DNA of 64,000 nucleotides from Gnetum montanum (Eukaryota; Plantae; Gnetophyta), in assembly GCA_015680685.1 (NCBI GenBank), contig MNCI01002682.1:441682-505681 (forward strand), given 5' to 3'. Shown here in pieces: positions 26,880-37,959 of the stretch (its first letter is position 1; the number at the start of each line of letters is the position of its first letter). The notes beneath the pieces are model-generated. The model made no database searches. It was not told where the DNA came from and worked only from the letters and a program-made list of their open reading frames with translations. The position numbers were made by a program, and so were the translations under genes.

Positions 26880-29800
26880 CACACCCACCAGGCAGCCCTT
26901 GGAATTACTACCCTTGGGGGAGTGGATCACGCTTGATCGGGGATCATCCAGGCCAAAACTTGCAGATTTGTCTATGACTCGAACATGGCCTGAGGATGAC
27001 ATGGAATACTGCAAAAGGAATAAGGTGGGCAGGCCAGATGCCTTAGCAGTGAGGAAGAGGCTGATGCAGTCGGAGGTGGACCTCGGGGTGCAAAGGACCC
27101 TAAAGGAGGTCTATCACAAATGTACATTTGTGTCTCCATGAAGGTCTTGTCCTGGAATTGCAGGGGATAGGGTACCCCTTACAAACACAATGCCCTGAAA
27201 ATGATTGTTTGAAGTGAGGGATATGATATTGTCTGCCTACAAGAAATGAAGTTGTAGGCGGCCAAAGAGAATTTGCTGCAATGGGAGGGTTGGACTCTAA
27301 TGAATGTCCCCTGTAGGGGACGCGTTAGGGGTCTTGTTGTCTTGTCCAAACTCCCGATTAACTAGGTGGACAGCTCGCAGTGGACTCAGATGGTGTACCT
27401 TCCCTAGCAACGGGTTTGGCTAACCAACGTCTATGGGGCGTAGTGTTAGGAGGTGAGGATACAGGAACTAAGAAGGGTTTCGCAAGTGCTTCCTGACACG
27501 TAGAGATGGTTACTAGTGGGGGCCTTCAATCAGCGCCTATATCCATGGGAGAAAACAAGTATGGATTCCACAGATCTGCCTGGCAATATGGAGTGCGCAA
27601 AGTTCTTGTTGATGCACAACTTGGTGGATCTAGACATTGAGGGCTGCAGATTCACTTGGAGTAATAGAAGATGAGGGCATGATCGGGTCCAATCTAGGAT
27701 TGATGAGAGTCTGGGTGAGTATGAGGCTACTGTTGGAGCTAGACATTCGGGTGACCGGGCAGGAGAGACAAGCTTCAAATCATAGGTCGATTGTATGTTG
27801 GCTCGGTGGGGAGCAAAGCTCGAAGCCCCAACCTTTCCATTTTGAATGGACGTGGCTGAGTAAACCTTGGCTCCAACCGTTGGTGCAGGGCATATGGAAA
27901 AACTACCCTAAAACTTGGGACCCAAGAGAGTTTCTGACAAAGGGGCTTAAGGCATTGAAAAATCAAATAAAGGTCCAGACTTCAGAGGAGAAATATGGTT
28001 TCAGGACCTATAGACAGCAATTGCAAGCCAAACTAAGGGATGTGCAAGAGAAGCAAGAGGCGGAGGCCAACCTGCCTAATGAGGAGCAAGAACTACTTCA
28101 CGAATTCTAGGTGCTCAACAAGGAGGAGGAAGAGTATTGGACACAAAGGGCTCAGGTGTCCTAGCTGAAGGGCAAGGACAAGAACATGTGTTTCTTTTAT
28201 GCCACTGCCAAAAGCAAGGGAAGCTTGAAGCACAAGATGCATATGCAAGTGGCAAGCATTGTAGCTAGCGAGCAAGAAATTGTGGATGGTTTACAAGATT
28301 ATTGAGACAACATCTGCCACAATTGGGAAACAACACCAATTTTGGTGCCGATGCAACGAATAGTGTTGAGGGCTGATAACCAAAAGCTTCTTCAGCCTTT
28401 CACTTGGGCCGAAATGCACACAATGCTGTGATTAATGTAGATTAACAAGGCACCGAGGCCCGGTGGTTGGCCAATTGAATTTTTCAGAGAATTTGAGGAC
28501 ATAATAGGGGCAAACATGTTAGATGCCTTTAATACAATGCTTCGTTGGCAACAAGTGAGAAAGGAAATTAACTGCTCCTGGATTGTGTTCCTACCGAAAG
28601 TGCTGAATCCATTGGAGACCGCTCATTTAAGGCCCATAGGGGTTTGTAATACATTGCTCCGTCTATTTTCAAAGCTGCTCATGATGCGCTTGACCCCTTT
28701 AATGACGAAGGTTGAGGGCGTGCACCAGGCTGGGTTCATTCGGAACCGCTTCTTGCAAGATCAAGTTTTACTGCTCCATGAGATTATGCACTTGTTGTGG
28801 TGCGGAGATCATAGTTCCCAGGCATGTGCATCAAATTGGACATTGCCAAGGCCTATGACACGGTAAGTTAGGCAGCCTTACAGCAAATCATGCTGTTAAA
28901 AGGCTTCAGCCCTACTTTTGTCAACATCTGTCTCCAGATGCAAAGTTTGGGCCATTATTCATTGGATATTGATGGTTGGATGTGGGGTTTCAACACCACG
29001 GGTAGGGGGGTTGCACTAGGGGGACCCGCTTTCTCCCCTACTTTTTCTCCTAGTTATGGACTTGTTGCAAGCTTACTATTTTGCCAAAGGGGCTGACCAT
29101 CGCGAGGGAGCATTACTTGGCCATGCATTTTGCGGATGACACAATTCTATTTTCCAAAGCTACGGTGCCACAGGCGAAGGCTTTAACAAGGGCCCTGCAT
29201 AGGATGGAGGGGGAACTGGGGCTGGTGATTAATAACGGGAAATCAACCATTCATTTTGTTAATACCATGGGGCAAGTAAGCACAAAAATTGTGTAGGTGT
29301 TTGGCATCTTGCATGGCAAGGAGCAGGTTTTGTGCCTAGGCATGCCGATCTTTGAGTGGCACTGAAAGGGAACCTAGGTTGGTCTATTGGAGAAGGTGCG
29401 GTCAAAAATATTGCACTAGAGTAACCGGATCCTATCACAGCAGGGTACAATGATGCTGGCGTCTATGGTATTGATGGCTGCTACCTAATACACCGCGTCT
29501 ATGGTTGTTCTGCCAGTCAAGGTCATCCAAAAAGTGGACCAAATGATCAGGAAATTCATTTGGTTTGGGGCAAAGGGGGAAAAAGTTGCACTTCGTTTGT
29601 TGGCGGCTCACTGCGAGGCCATGGGAGGCGGGAGGAGTCAGGGTGCTTTCCTTTATGGATGAGGTCACACTTGGCATGCAGCACTTGCTTAACAAAATGT
29701 TGGTGCAACCCTAGCAGCAGGCCCTGTGGATGAGGATACTTGATCAGAAGTATAATTGCTCGAAGGCGGGTGACAAATGCTCATATCTGTGGAAGAACCT

Positions 29801-31253
29801 CTGCTGCCATGTCAAAATAATAGAGGCCAATGGGTTGCTGGGCAAACCACCGACTGAGGTGATCAAGGATCTATATCCGTCAATCATTGGGTGGAAAGAG
29901 TTGTGGAAAGGCAGACTACCAGAGAAGGTTAAAGCTTTTGGTTGACTTGTTCAGCACAAGGCCTTACTGGTGCGGGTGGCATTGAGGGCACGGGGAATAG
30001 TTGTGGATGATAGTTGCCCTCTCTGTCAAGCTAAGGTGGAGACATTCAATCATTTGCTTCACCAATGCACGTTTATGGAAGAGGTTTGACGAATGGCTCA
30101 GCTCCTTCCTCTGATCCTGCCATGTGGGGACTCACAGGTGCTGGCTATATTATGGTCTACTTGGAAAAGTAGAAACAATTCTATTTTCAAAGGGCAATAG
30201 GTGCCAACACCGTCTACGATTGTCAGGGCTGGGTCTTCTTGTGGACAAAGGGTACACAAGCCATGGCATGGGGGCCAATTCATGAACCTGCGATCATGGA
30301 ATTCATGGGGGATGTTCAACTATGGTTGTTGATTGCACAAATGGGTTGGGAGGGCACGTTGTGACACATGGAAGGGGAGCTTGGGTTGCAGACAAAAAGT
30401 TTCTTCACAAATTGGGAGGGTGACAAAACATGGTTTCAAGATAGAAGGATAACGCTAACTGAGGGGAGGTTATCCCCCAAGTGGTGAACTCTCAAACATG
30501 TGCGGCTGAGTTTTCCAAACTGTTGTGCCATGGACCAATAGCGGCCACATTCGGAAAAATAAGCTGCAAAGGGTTTGGCGGGCGACCACGGATCTCATGG
30601 ACCTTTTTTTGTCCAATTCGGGTCGCCGCATCGTCTCGTGGGGGTTCACTTTGCCTTCCTTAGGTGTATACGCCATAATATTCTAGTGAACATTCCCCAT
30701 TTTCTGTTGTGCTCTCTGAGGCAAAATAGGCTTGGGCATCACTCTGAGGTCATCCTGGCACTTTGGAGAGCAAGGAGGGTTGATATTCCTGAGCAGGTGA
30801 GGCCTGCGCCGGTGCTCGCTTACCATAGGAGGCCTCAGGTCCCAGAGCAAGGGGCACGGGGGCCTGAGTAGCCTGAAGGAATAAGTGAGGAGGGCCAAAC
30901 TTCTGGGACCAATATTGGGGAGGAGGGGCCCAACGATGTGCAGGGTGGACAACCTACGCAGGTTGATCAAATGTGAGAGGACCTCAAGGCAGCTTGCTAT
31001 TTGGTGGCGAAGCAGGCAAGATCTAAGGAAAGGGTTGTCTAGCAATCACAATGGGAGGCAATGTGGGCATCGATTTAGGCGCAAGGGGACACGCAAAGGA
31101 TCAAGGATTTATAGCTCATGGAAGACCTACTAGAGCAGCACACCACTAAATATGCTCCTCAGATGGTCAAGCTGCACAGACTGAGACGTGAGAGCTATGA
31201 GGTTCAATGATGAAGTGAGGTGTAGACGAGTGTGGCCAGGACAACTGAACGCC
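26880..31253 (+). mobile_element. Degenerate L1 LINE copy 1: ORF1 end, ORF2 EN-RT-zf-RVT plus non-canonical C-terminal extension (truncated before the J-domain)
   Basis: MKVLSWNCRG (27138), FHFEWTW, RPIGVCN, HFADD, zf-RVT CPLC...HLL..C, LWSTWKSRN; extension ~30240-31250. Confidence 0.92.
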
Positions 31254-31794
31254 TTTAAATTCTTTATATATTTTCTATTCTTACTATTTTTCCTTAATTC
31301 TTACTATCATGTATATATTTTTGTCGTTTTTCCTACTAAAGTTTAAAGGAATAAAATAAGATGTAGTTCAAACAATGAGAATTTTACTCTATGATATCAA
31401 GTCATTAAAGGACTAATTATATATGCAAGGAGACCATGTCATGCATTTCATTGCCAATAATAAGAGGTTCTTACCATGGACATGATGACATTCTTTTTTT
31501 GAATTAAAATTAAAATAAACTTGTGATCATTATGCCTGGATAGAAAAGTGAAAAACCAAGTGAAAACGAAAAGGGTGTGACATCAATGGTATTTATGGAT
31601 TCTATAAGACTGCTACTATAAGTCTTATCATGATGTTAAGTCATATTATTTACTTGATTTTTAATGAAAAATGAAGGTATGTCTAAAATAAGTGCTACCT
31701 TATCATGTCACTAGAAAAACATATCACCCATGCCTGAAGGTAGTCCTATGGTAAGGTTGACATGTCCCCAATGAAACTCAGAGAAATTTTTTAT

Positions 31795-33210
31795 TTTCTA
31801 GTATGCTTCAAAACATCTTGCCAAAAAAATTAATATGTAAGCTATGGATGGTACAATGATAAGCACTTGCAACATTCAAAGTACATTCAATCAACAAGGT
31901 CAGCTTTATCTTGAAAGAAGATTTCAGAACTTCGTTATAAAGACAAAGAACCATTGCTGCTATTTTCACTCTCTAATAATTGAAAAATCAATTGCAAAAG
32001 ATGATAAATTTAGTGTGATTTGAAATATCTTGCCAAATAAATTAATATGTGAGCTATGGATGGTACAATGATAAGCACTTGCAACATTCAAAGTACATTC
32101 AATCAAAAGGGTTAGCTTCATCTTGGGAGAATATTTGAGAACCTCATTATAAAGAGAGAAAACCATTGCAGCTATTTTAACTCTCTAATAATTGAAAAAT
32201 CAATTGTAAAAGATGATAAATCTAGTATGATTCAAAACATCTTGCAAAAAAACATATGCAAGCTACAAATGGTGCAATGATAAACACCTGCAAAATTTGG
32301 AGTATATTCAATCAAAAAGTCAGCTCCATCTCAAAAGAAGATTTGAGAACCTTAAGATAAAGACAAGAAGATTTGGGGCTGTTTTTAAAAAGATGTAGAT
32401 CAGGTAACATTAACTGTTACCTAGCACATCTCAACTAGTTGATAACTATAATGCTTTATTCTCTCTCTAATCCTTGTGAAATCAATTGTAATTGATGGTG
32501 AATCTATCATGATTCAAAATCAAATGTATTGCAAAAAAATAATATGCAAGCTATTGGTAGTACAATGACAAGCACTCACAACATTCAAAGTACATTTGAA
32601 GAAAAAGGTTGCCTTCATCTTGAAAGAAGATTCAAGAACTTTAAGATAAAGCAAGAGCAAACCATTGAGCTATTTTTTCAAAAGATGTAGATTGGGTAAT
32701 ATTAACCGTTACCTACTACATCTCAACTAGACATTAACTATAATGCTTTATTCTCTCTCTAATCCTTAAGAAATCAATTGCAACTAATGATAAATCTAAC
32801 ATCACTTGAAATGTCTTGCAAAACAATAATATGTAAGCTATGGATGACACAATGATAAGCACTCACAACATTCAGAATATATTCAATCAAAAAGGTTAGC
32901 TCCATCTTGAATAAAGATTTGAAAACCTTAGAATAAATAGAGGGAAAACCATAGTAGCTATTAAATTTGGAAAAAATGTGGATCAGGTAACATTATTCCT
33001 CATTTTACTTCTGTAAAATCCTAAAACTAGTCACTTTTATTGTCTAAAATTAACTGTTATGTACAACATTTTAACTAGCCATTAACTATAATGCTATTTA
33101 TTCTCTCTTTTTTCTTTGAGAAATCAATTGCAACTGATGATAAATCTAGTATGATTTGAAATGTCTTGCAAAACAAAAATAATAATATGCAAGCTATGGA
33201 TAGTACAATA
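31795..33210. repeat. Degenerate intronic tandem repeat, six units
   Basis: Anchor GCTA(TGGAT) at 31841, 32053, 32262, 32550, 32837, 33193; periods 212, 209, 288, 287, 356. Confidence 0.9.
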
Positions 33211-33270
33211 ACATAAAAGTCAAAGCACAACTACACAATTATCTATAAAGAAATCATACAATCAACTTAC

Positions 33271-33364
33271 ATGTTCTCCAAAATTATATGTTCTGCATAT
33301 TTCTGGCCTGATAAACTGTCGATTTTTCCTTACTTCTTTCAACCTTAGCCAGTCATCCCAATAA
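33271..33364 (-). CDS. GNTI/CGL1: GnTI exon YWDDWLRLKEVRKNRQFIRPEICRTYNFGEH
   Basis: AC acceptor / gtaagt donor, 94 nt. Confidence 0.96.
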
Positions 33365-33447
33365 GTGTGATAGGTCAAGGAAGTTAATAAAGGAGATAAG
33401 CATAGCAAATCTAATCTACTCAGCTTTAAAGTACCACAGAAGGATAT
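33365..33447 (-). other. U12-type (minor spliceosome) AT-AC intron of GnTI, 83 nt
   Basis: 5' ATATCCTT (33447-33440), branch TTCCTTGAC (33382-33374), 3' AC (33366-33365); splicing restores W-P-R-A-Y-W-D-D-W. Confidence 0.95.
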
Positions 33448-33538
33448 GCCCTTGGCCATTTTGGGGCTAGTTCAGCCCATATTGTTTTTGTCAGCATCCA
33501 TCCCAAACCAGGAAAGAAGTCTGATCGATACAGCAATT
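33448..33538 (-). CDS. GNTI/CGL1: GnTI exon LLYRSDFFPGLGWMLTKTIWAELAPKWPR(A)
   Basis: cag acceptor; ends at the U12 donor ATATCCTT; 91 nt. Confidence 0.95.
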
Positions 33539-33646
33539 CTGCATACCCCAAAAAAGTTCATTTTCAGCAATTCATTTTCCCTTTCATTTCCAAGACTCCA
33601 GGTTATCTTAAAAACAACAAAATTAAACATAAATCTATAGTTTAAC

Positions 33647-33708
33647 CTGGATCTTGAACAAACTGCTTTTGCCCATTATCATTCCATGAAGAAACCGCCA
33701 TGAGAGAA
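33647..33708 (-). CDS. GNTI/CGL1: GnTI exon SLMAVSSWNDNGQKQFVQDP
   Basis: tag / gtta, 62 nt. Confidence 0.95.
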
Positions 33709-33867
33709 CTAAAACCACCATAAAAACAGTTTTTTTAAAAATTAAAAAAAAAAAATCTTTGCCTCTTAACTTATATAAAATGGATAATATTTATGCATAT
33801 AAAAGTTCCAGAAGAAATAGAATGTGGTACATGGCTACTGCTTCAACTTTTTCTACTCTGCACATAC

Positions 33868-33937
33868 CTATCATTATCAAGTAATGTTGCTGCAACTTCA
33901 AAATATTCAAAGAAATCCATGGATATTTCCATGTCAT
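33868..33937 (-). CDS. GNTI/CGL1: GnTI exon (D)DMEISMDFFEYFEVAATLLDND; completes the EDD (DxD) motif
   Basis: cag / gtatg, 70 nt. Confidence 0.95.
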
Positions 33938-34020
33938 CTGCCCTAAAAAAAAGAGAAATATATTATTTTTTTATCCAAGAAGACCATGCCACCTGGATTG
34001 TTTCAAACAAAAAAATTTAC

Positions 34021-34089
34021 CTTCAAGAATGATAACTCTGTTAAATTTGTATTCATCAAATAGCTTCCCTAAAGCCCATTTGTAGTGAT
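34021..34089 (-). CDS. GNTI/CGL1: GnTI exon (N)HYKWALGKLFDEYKFNRVIILE
   Basis: tag / gtaaa, 69 nt. Confidence 0.95.
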
Positions 34090-34201
34090 CTAGGATGAAT
34101 GGCATGCAAACAGTTAGTTTCTATTAGTTTCTAAAATTCTTTTTGGAAATACTTTTTTTTAACTGATATCTAAGGAAGATGCAAATTTCACTTAAACATA
34201 C

Positions 34202-34268
34202 TTGCAATTTTGTAATAAGCAATCAACTCTCCTGGATGTTCTGTTTGTATGGGCTTTAGATCTAAGTG
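34202..34268 (-). CDS. GNTI/CGL1: GnTI exon HLDLKPIQTEHPGELIAYYKIA
   Basis: cag / gtatg, 67 nt. Confidence 0.95.
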
Positions 34269-34488
34269 CTGAAATAAACAGGCAGGTCATGAGAAGATAA
34301 AACTGCAAAGAAAATCCAATTTTTCAATTTCAACATTCAAATAAAGAGAAAAACGTTCAATGAATGGCAAACAAAAAATCACATTTAATTGAATTAATAT
34401 TTCAACAAGAACAGAAGCTGCAGCAACACAGTTTAAGTCTGATTCATGCATAGAGAGGTAAACATGTGAAAAATTAATGTATCCTGTC

Positions 34489-35378
34489 CATACTTATGAA
34501 GATCGGATATGATCACAAATTGTTTTTCAATTCCTAAGATTCTGGATCGTGGATCACAAGTCCGACTCGCATGGAAGTGCAATATTAAAAAAACATTTAA
34601 AAATATCAAATTTTTAATCATTTTCAAAAATGCAATTAAGAAGACTAAAAATTGAAAATCCATAAAAAACAATATATTCAACTTTAAAATAGAAATTTTT
34701 AAACATATTAATATAACAACATTGCATCAAGCATGAACATCAACATAAATTCAATATTTATACACTCGTACATATTACAAAAACTTTCAAATGTAAACTA
34801 AGTTTCAAATGTAAGTTACACTGCAGGTTGTTTCTTTGTACTACACTGCATTATTCAGTATTCACAGTCAACTAAAACAAATCAGAGCTGGAGAATGTCT
34901 GAAACCAGCTACATAAGTGATTCAAAATGAATTGACAAGTGCACGGCTGAGATCTTGAAGAATACATTGTTGAGCTCCCCAAGAATGCATTGTGCTCCAA
35001 ATGTGTTACTTCTTGCAGAAAAATGTGCACTCAAAGTGCCAAAAACCTTGAAACTGCTAATGACATATCCAGAATGGTCTATGCTGATTCTTTCTACTTT
35101 TATAGCTGTATTGAGTCTCAAATTTTTTTATTCAGAATGTTTAAAGAAATGTTTAATATTTAAAAAGTGCAAACTTCTAATTGGTGTTTTTCCAGAATTG
35201 TCTTGAATCACCCAGAAATGTCTAGAATTGTGATTCCAAACTAGATCATGATTTGGAATCATCCAAAATTGCAATTCCGAACTGGATCATGATCTAGAAC
35301 CAAACTGGATCACGATCCAGAACTAATTGGAATTGTAATTGTTCAAATCACGATCCTGATCCAATATTCATAAGTATG
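34489..35378. mobile_element. Non-autonomous hAT DNA transposon (890 bp)
   Basis: TIRs CATACTTATGAA / TTCATAAGTATG; 8-bp TSD ATCCTGTC (34481-88) vs ATCCTATC (35379-86); subterminal GATCA(C/T)GATC repeats. Confidence 0.85.
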
Positions 35379-35735
35379 ATCCTATCATGGCAATGGCAAC
35401 ACAGTGAAGTCTTATCAACCAAATCATGTAAATCTCTAGGTGTGATTTTATTGGGTACATTTTTTTAGGGTGTTTAATACTTAAGTTGCTCCATCCCAAA
35501 AACCATTAACACTGACAGAGATTTTGTAAAGCCCTAACAAGTATTCATTGCCAAAAATAGATGATTGTCTTGATCAATTGAAAAGAAATGACATTTTTGA
35601 AAATTTAGGGGCACAATGTGTCAACAATTCCTTTCATAATGCATTCAAAATTAGTAATAGGTTTATAGAAGAATATTTCAAGATGGGAAAAATGCTTGAC
35701 CTAACAACATCTGTAATCTATAACATCCAACTAAT

Positions 35736-35902
35736 GAGGATCATCACCTAGAGGCTCAATGCTCATCTGCCAAGGCAGGGCCCTAGGAGGGTTGTGGATA
35801 AACATAAGCATAACCTCTTTCAAGCGGTTGTGCTCAGACTTGAGCCCAGGTCGTACAACTTGAGAAACAAGCACCTTACCATCGCTCCAAGTGGTGGTCC
35901 CT
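35736..35902 (-). mobile_element. Au-like tRNA-derived SINE
   Basis: Minus strand CTTGGAGCGATGGTAAG...GGGCTCAAGTC...ACCCTCCTAGGGCCCTGC; perfect 15-bp TSD TAACATCCAACTAAT at 35721-35735 and 35903-35917. Confidence 0.8.
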
Positions 35903-37093
35903 TAACATCCAACTAATACATTCCATTTATTATAATAGAAAGCATTCATTTAAACCTGAAAAAAAAACCATTACAATATGGGATCATCTTAAATATTATA
36001 TTTTATGACATTTCATTATTTTACTAACGTACCTGCAGTATTTGATAGTTTCAAGAATCACATTTTTCAACTTTTTTTTGATCAAACATACATCCCTGGA
36101 TCTATAGTGGCCAAGTCACAAGAAAGATAATTCCTTTTTTATTAATTTTTTTCAACCATTTTGACTTGTTTATCATAGTCATTACAGATAAAATTTAAAA
36201 ATGATTACAACAAAATAAAATCTGACTAATACCAAAGAAGGTGAAAATTTTTCAAAGTTTTTATGAATTTAGCAGGTGTTATAGAAGGCTCATGATTTTA
36301 TCATCTTCAACATCTTGTTGCCCGTATCCCATTTATAATAGGCTTACTATTAAGGTAGGCGAAGGATTTAATGATGACTTACTATGGGCAGCTGTCTACT
36401 TGATGTCATAGTTCAGAATGTATATTCTTACTGTCCCACTCAACATACCCCTTGGAATCAAACCTATGACCTGAAGAAGGCTCATGCTCACTTTGGCAAA
36501 AATCGCTACTACACTAAAGGATTTCAAAGAAGAACTAAACAGCATACATGGTAATAGAAAGTTAAGAATCATTGACAAGATTAAAACAATTCTTACAGAT
36601 ATGTGAAAGAGTCGTCACTTACAGATATTGCCCGCTTAAACCTCAAGGCATCAGTTGTACATGCTCTTAAAATTTGGCAACATTGTTTATATTATACACG
36701 TTTTATTTTAAGGATTGTGCATTGACATTTGAAGTACATTTTTCAAAAAGCCAACCCAATGAAGATGAGCGTAATTCCCTACCAAACACAACTTTGAAAT
36801 TATGCATTGTGAACAAAGGAAACATTATAAGAAATGTGTTTGGTAGAAAATCATAATAGTACATACCATGTCATATTCTTGCTCATGACTAGTGTTCCTA
36901 GTAAGTGAAATTTTCATGGCTAAAGTTGCATTAATTGCTTAAACAACATATTTTCATATATGTATTTTAAATTATGGTATTTTTGTTTTATGTGCTTAGA
37001 GCCATGAGTATTTGATTACTAAGTCAATGATTCATGCAGAAATTGTTGTCCAACCACTAGTTGGTCTCTAGGTGCCAACTCCTACATTTTTCT

Positions 37094-37140
37094 AACATCA
37101 TCATCATCATCCTAACATTGTCCCAACAAAATGGAATCAT
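37094..37140 (-). mobile_element. RTE LINE extreme 3' end with (GAT)n tail
   Basis: Minus strand TTGTTGGGACAATGTTAGGATGATGATGATGATG matches the end of the RTE fragment at ~25610. Confidence 0.5.
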
Positions 37141-37269
37141 CAAACATTTTTTTAATATAGAAACAGGAAAAAAGCAACAAAAAAAAAAAGAAACAAGAGG
37201 TAAACATCGGGAAATATGTTACATTTTATTTGGTCATACAATACCCAAGTGTTGAGAAATTCAGCATAC

Positions 37270-37332
37270 CTGCATATAGTTAAATTGAGTATAACTCAAA
37301 GCTTTCTCTTTCACCAACTTATTACTGCCATC
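37270..37332 (-). CDS. GNTI/CGL1: GnTI exon DGSNKLVKEKALSYTQFNYMQ
   Basis: tag / gtatg, 63 nt. Confidence 0.95.
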
Positions 37333-37459
37333 CTAAAACACATCAAGCTTTTAGAATCTAATTATAAAACACAAAGGAAAATCAAAAGCAAAATTTATAA
37401 TGAGAACTACGTGCAGAAGGAAGTGAAATTTAAAAACAAAAATAAGTGCAATAATATAC

Positions 37460-37505
37460 CTGTGAAATGAAAAGAGAAAATTTTGATGCAACTGGTCCAT
37501 GGTAC
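37460..37505 (-). CDS. GNTI/CGL1: GnTI exon (K)YHGPVASKFSLFISQ
   Basis: cag / gtat, 46 nt. Confidence 0.95.
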
Positions 37506-37648
37506 CTGGCAAATTGAATCTTTAAAACAAAAATCCAAAATAACGATGCGGTAATCAATTCAAATACTGAAAAAACAATACAATGCCATGAAATTGTATT
37601 TGTTTGGAAACATCATGATAGCTGTCATAGCAGTGACTGTTTACCCAC

Positions 37649-37725
37649 TTGAGGACTGATTTGATTGTCTTTTCAAGATAATCAGGACGGTTGCAGGCCA
37701 TTATAACTACAGCTGCAACAGCTAC
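37649..37725 (-). CDS. GNTI/CGL1: GnTI exon VAVAAVVIMACNRPDYLEKTIKSVL
   Basis: cag / gt, 77 nt; start of the catalytic domain. Confidence 0.95.
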
Positions 37726-37921
37726 CTGAAGGCATTAAAATTCACTATCATCCTCATTTTCAACAATATTATTCTAAACTGTTGCATCTGGAACAATTCC
37801 AGGCTAAGAACAAAATTCTACATCTACATTGTTTGCTCTTTCCAGCTTGACAAATAAAGTGGTGAGCAGAGAGAGTAAGGGTGTCTCATCAATGCAGTAC
37901 ATCGTTTTCCACATATCTTAC

Positions 37922-37959
37922 CTCATTGCTCAAGGCATTCTGTGTATTAAGTCCTCGTC
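37922..37959 (-). CDS. GNTI/CGL1: GnTI exon (R)RGLNTQNALSNE
   Basis: tttcttcag / gtaag, 38 nt, phase 1-0 fits neighbours; variable linker. Confidence 0.8.

Noticed and set aside
31795-33210. CRISPR-like array
   Set aside because: Eukaryotic intron, long degenerate units, no short identical repeats with unique spacers.
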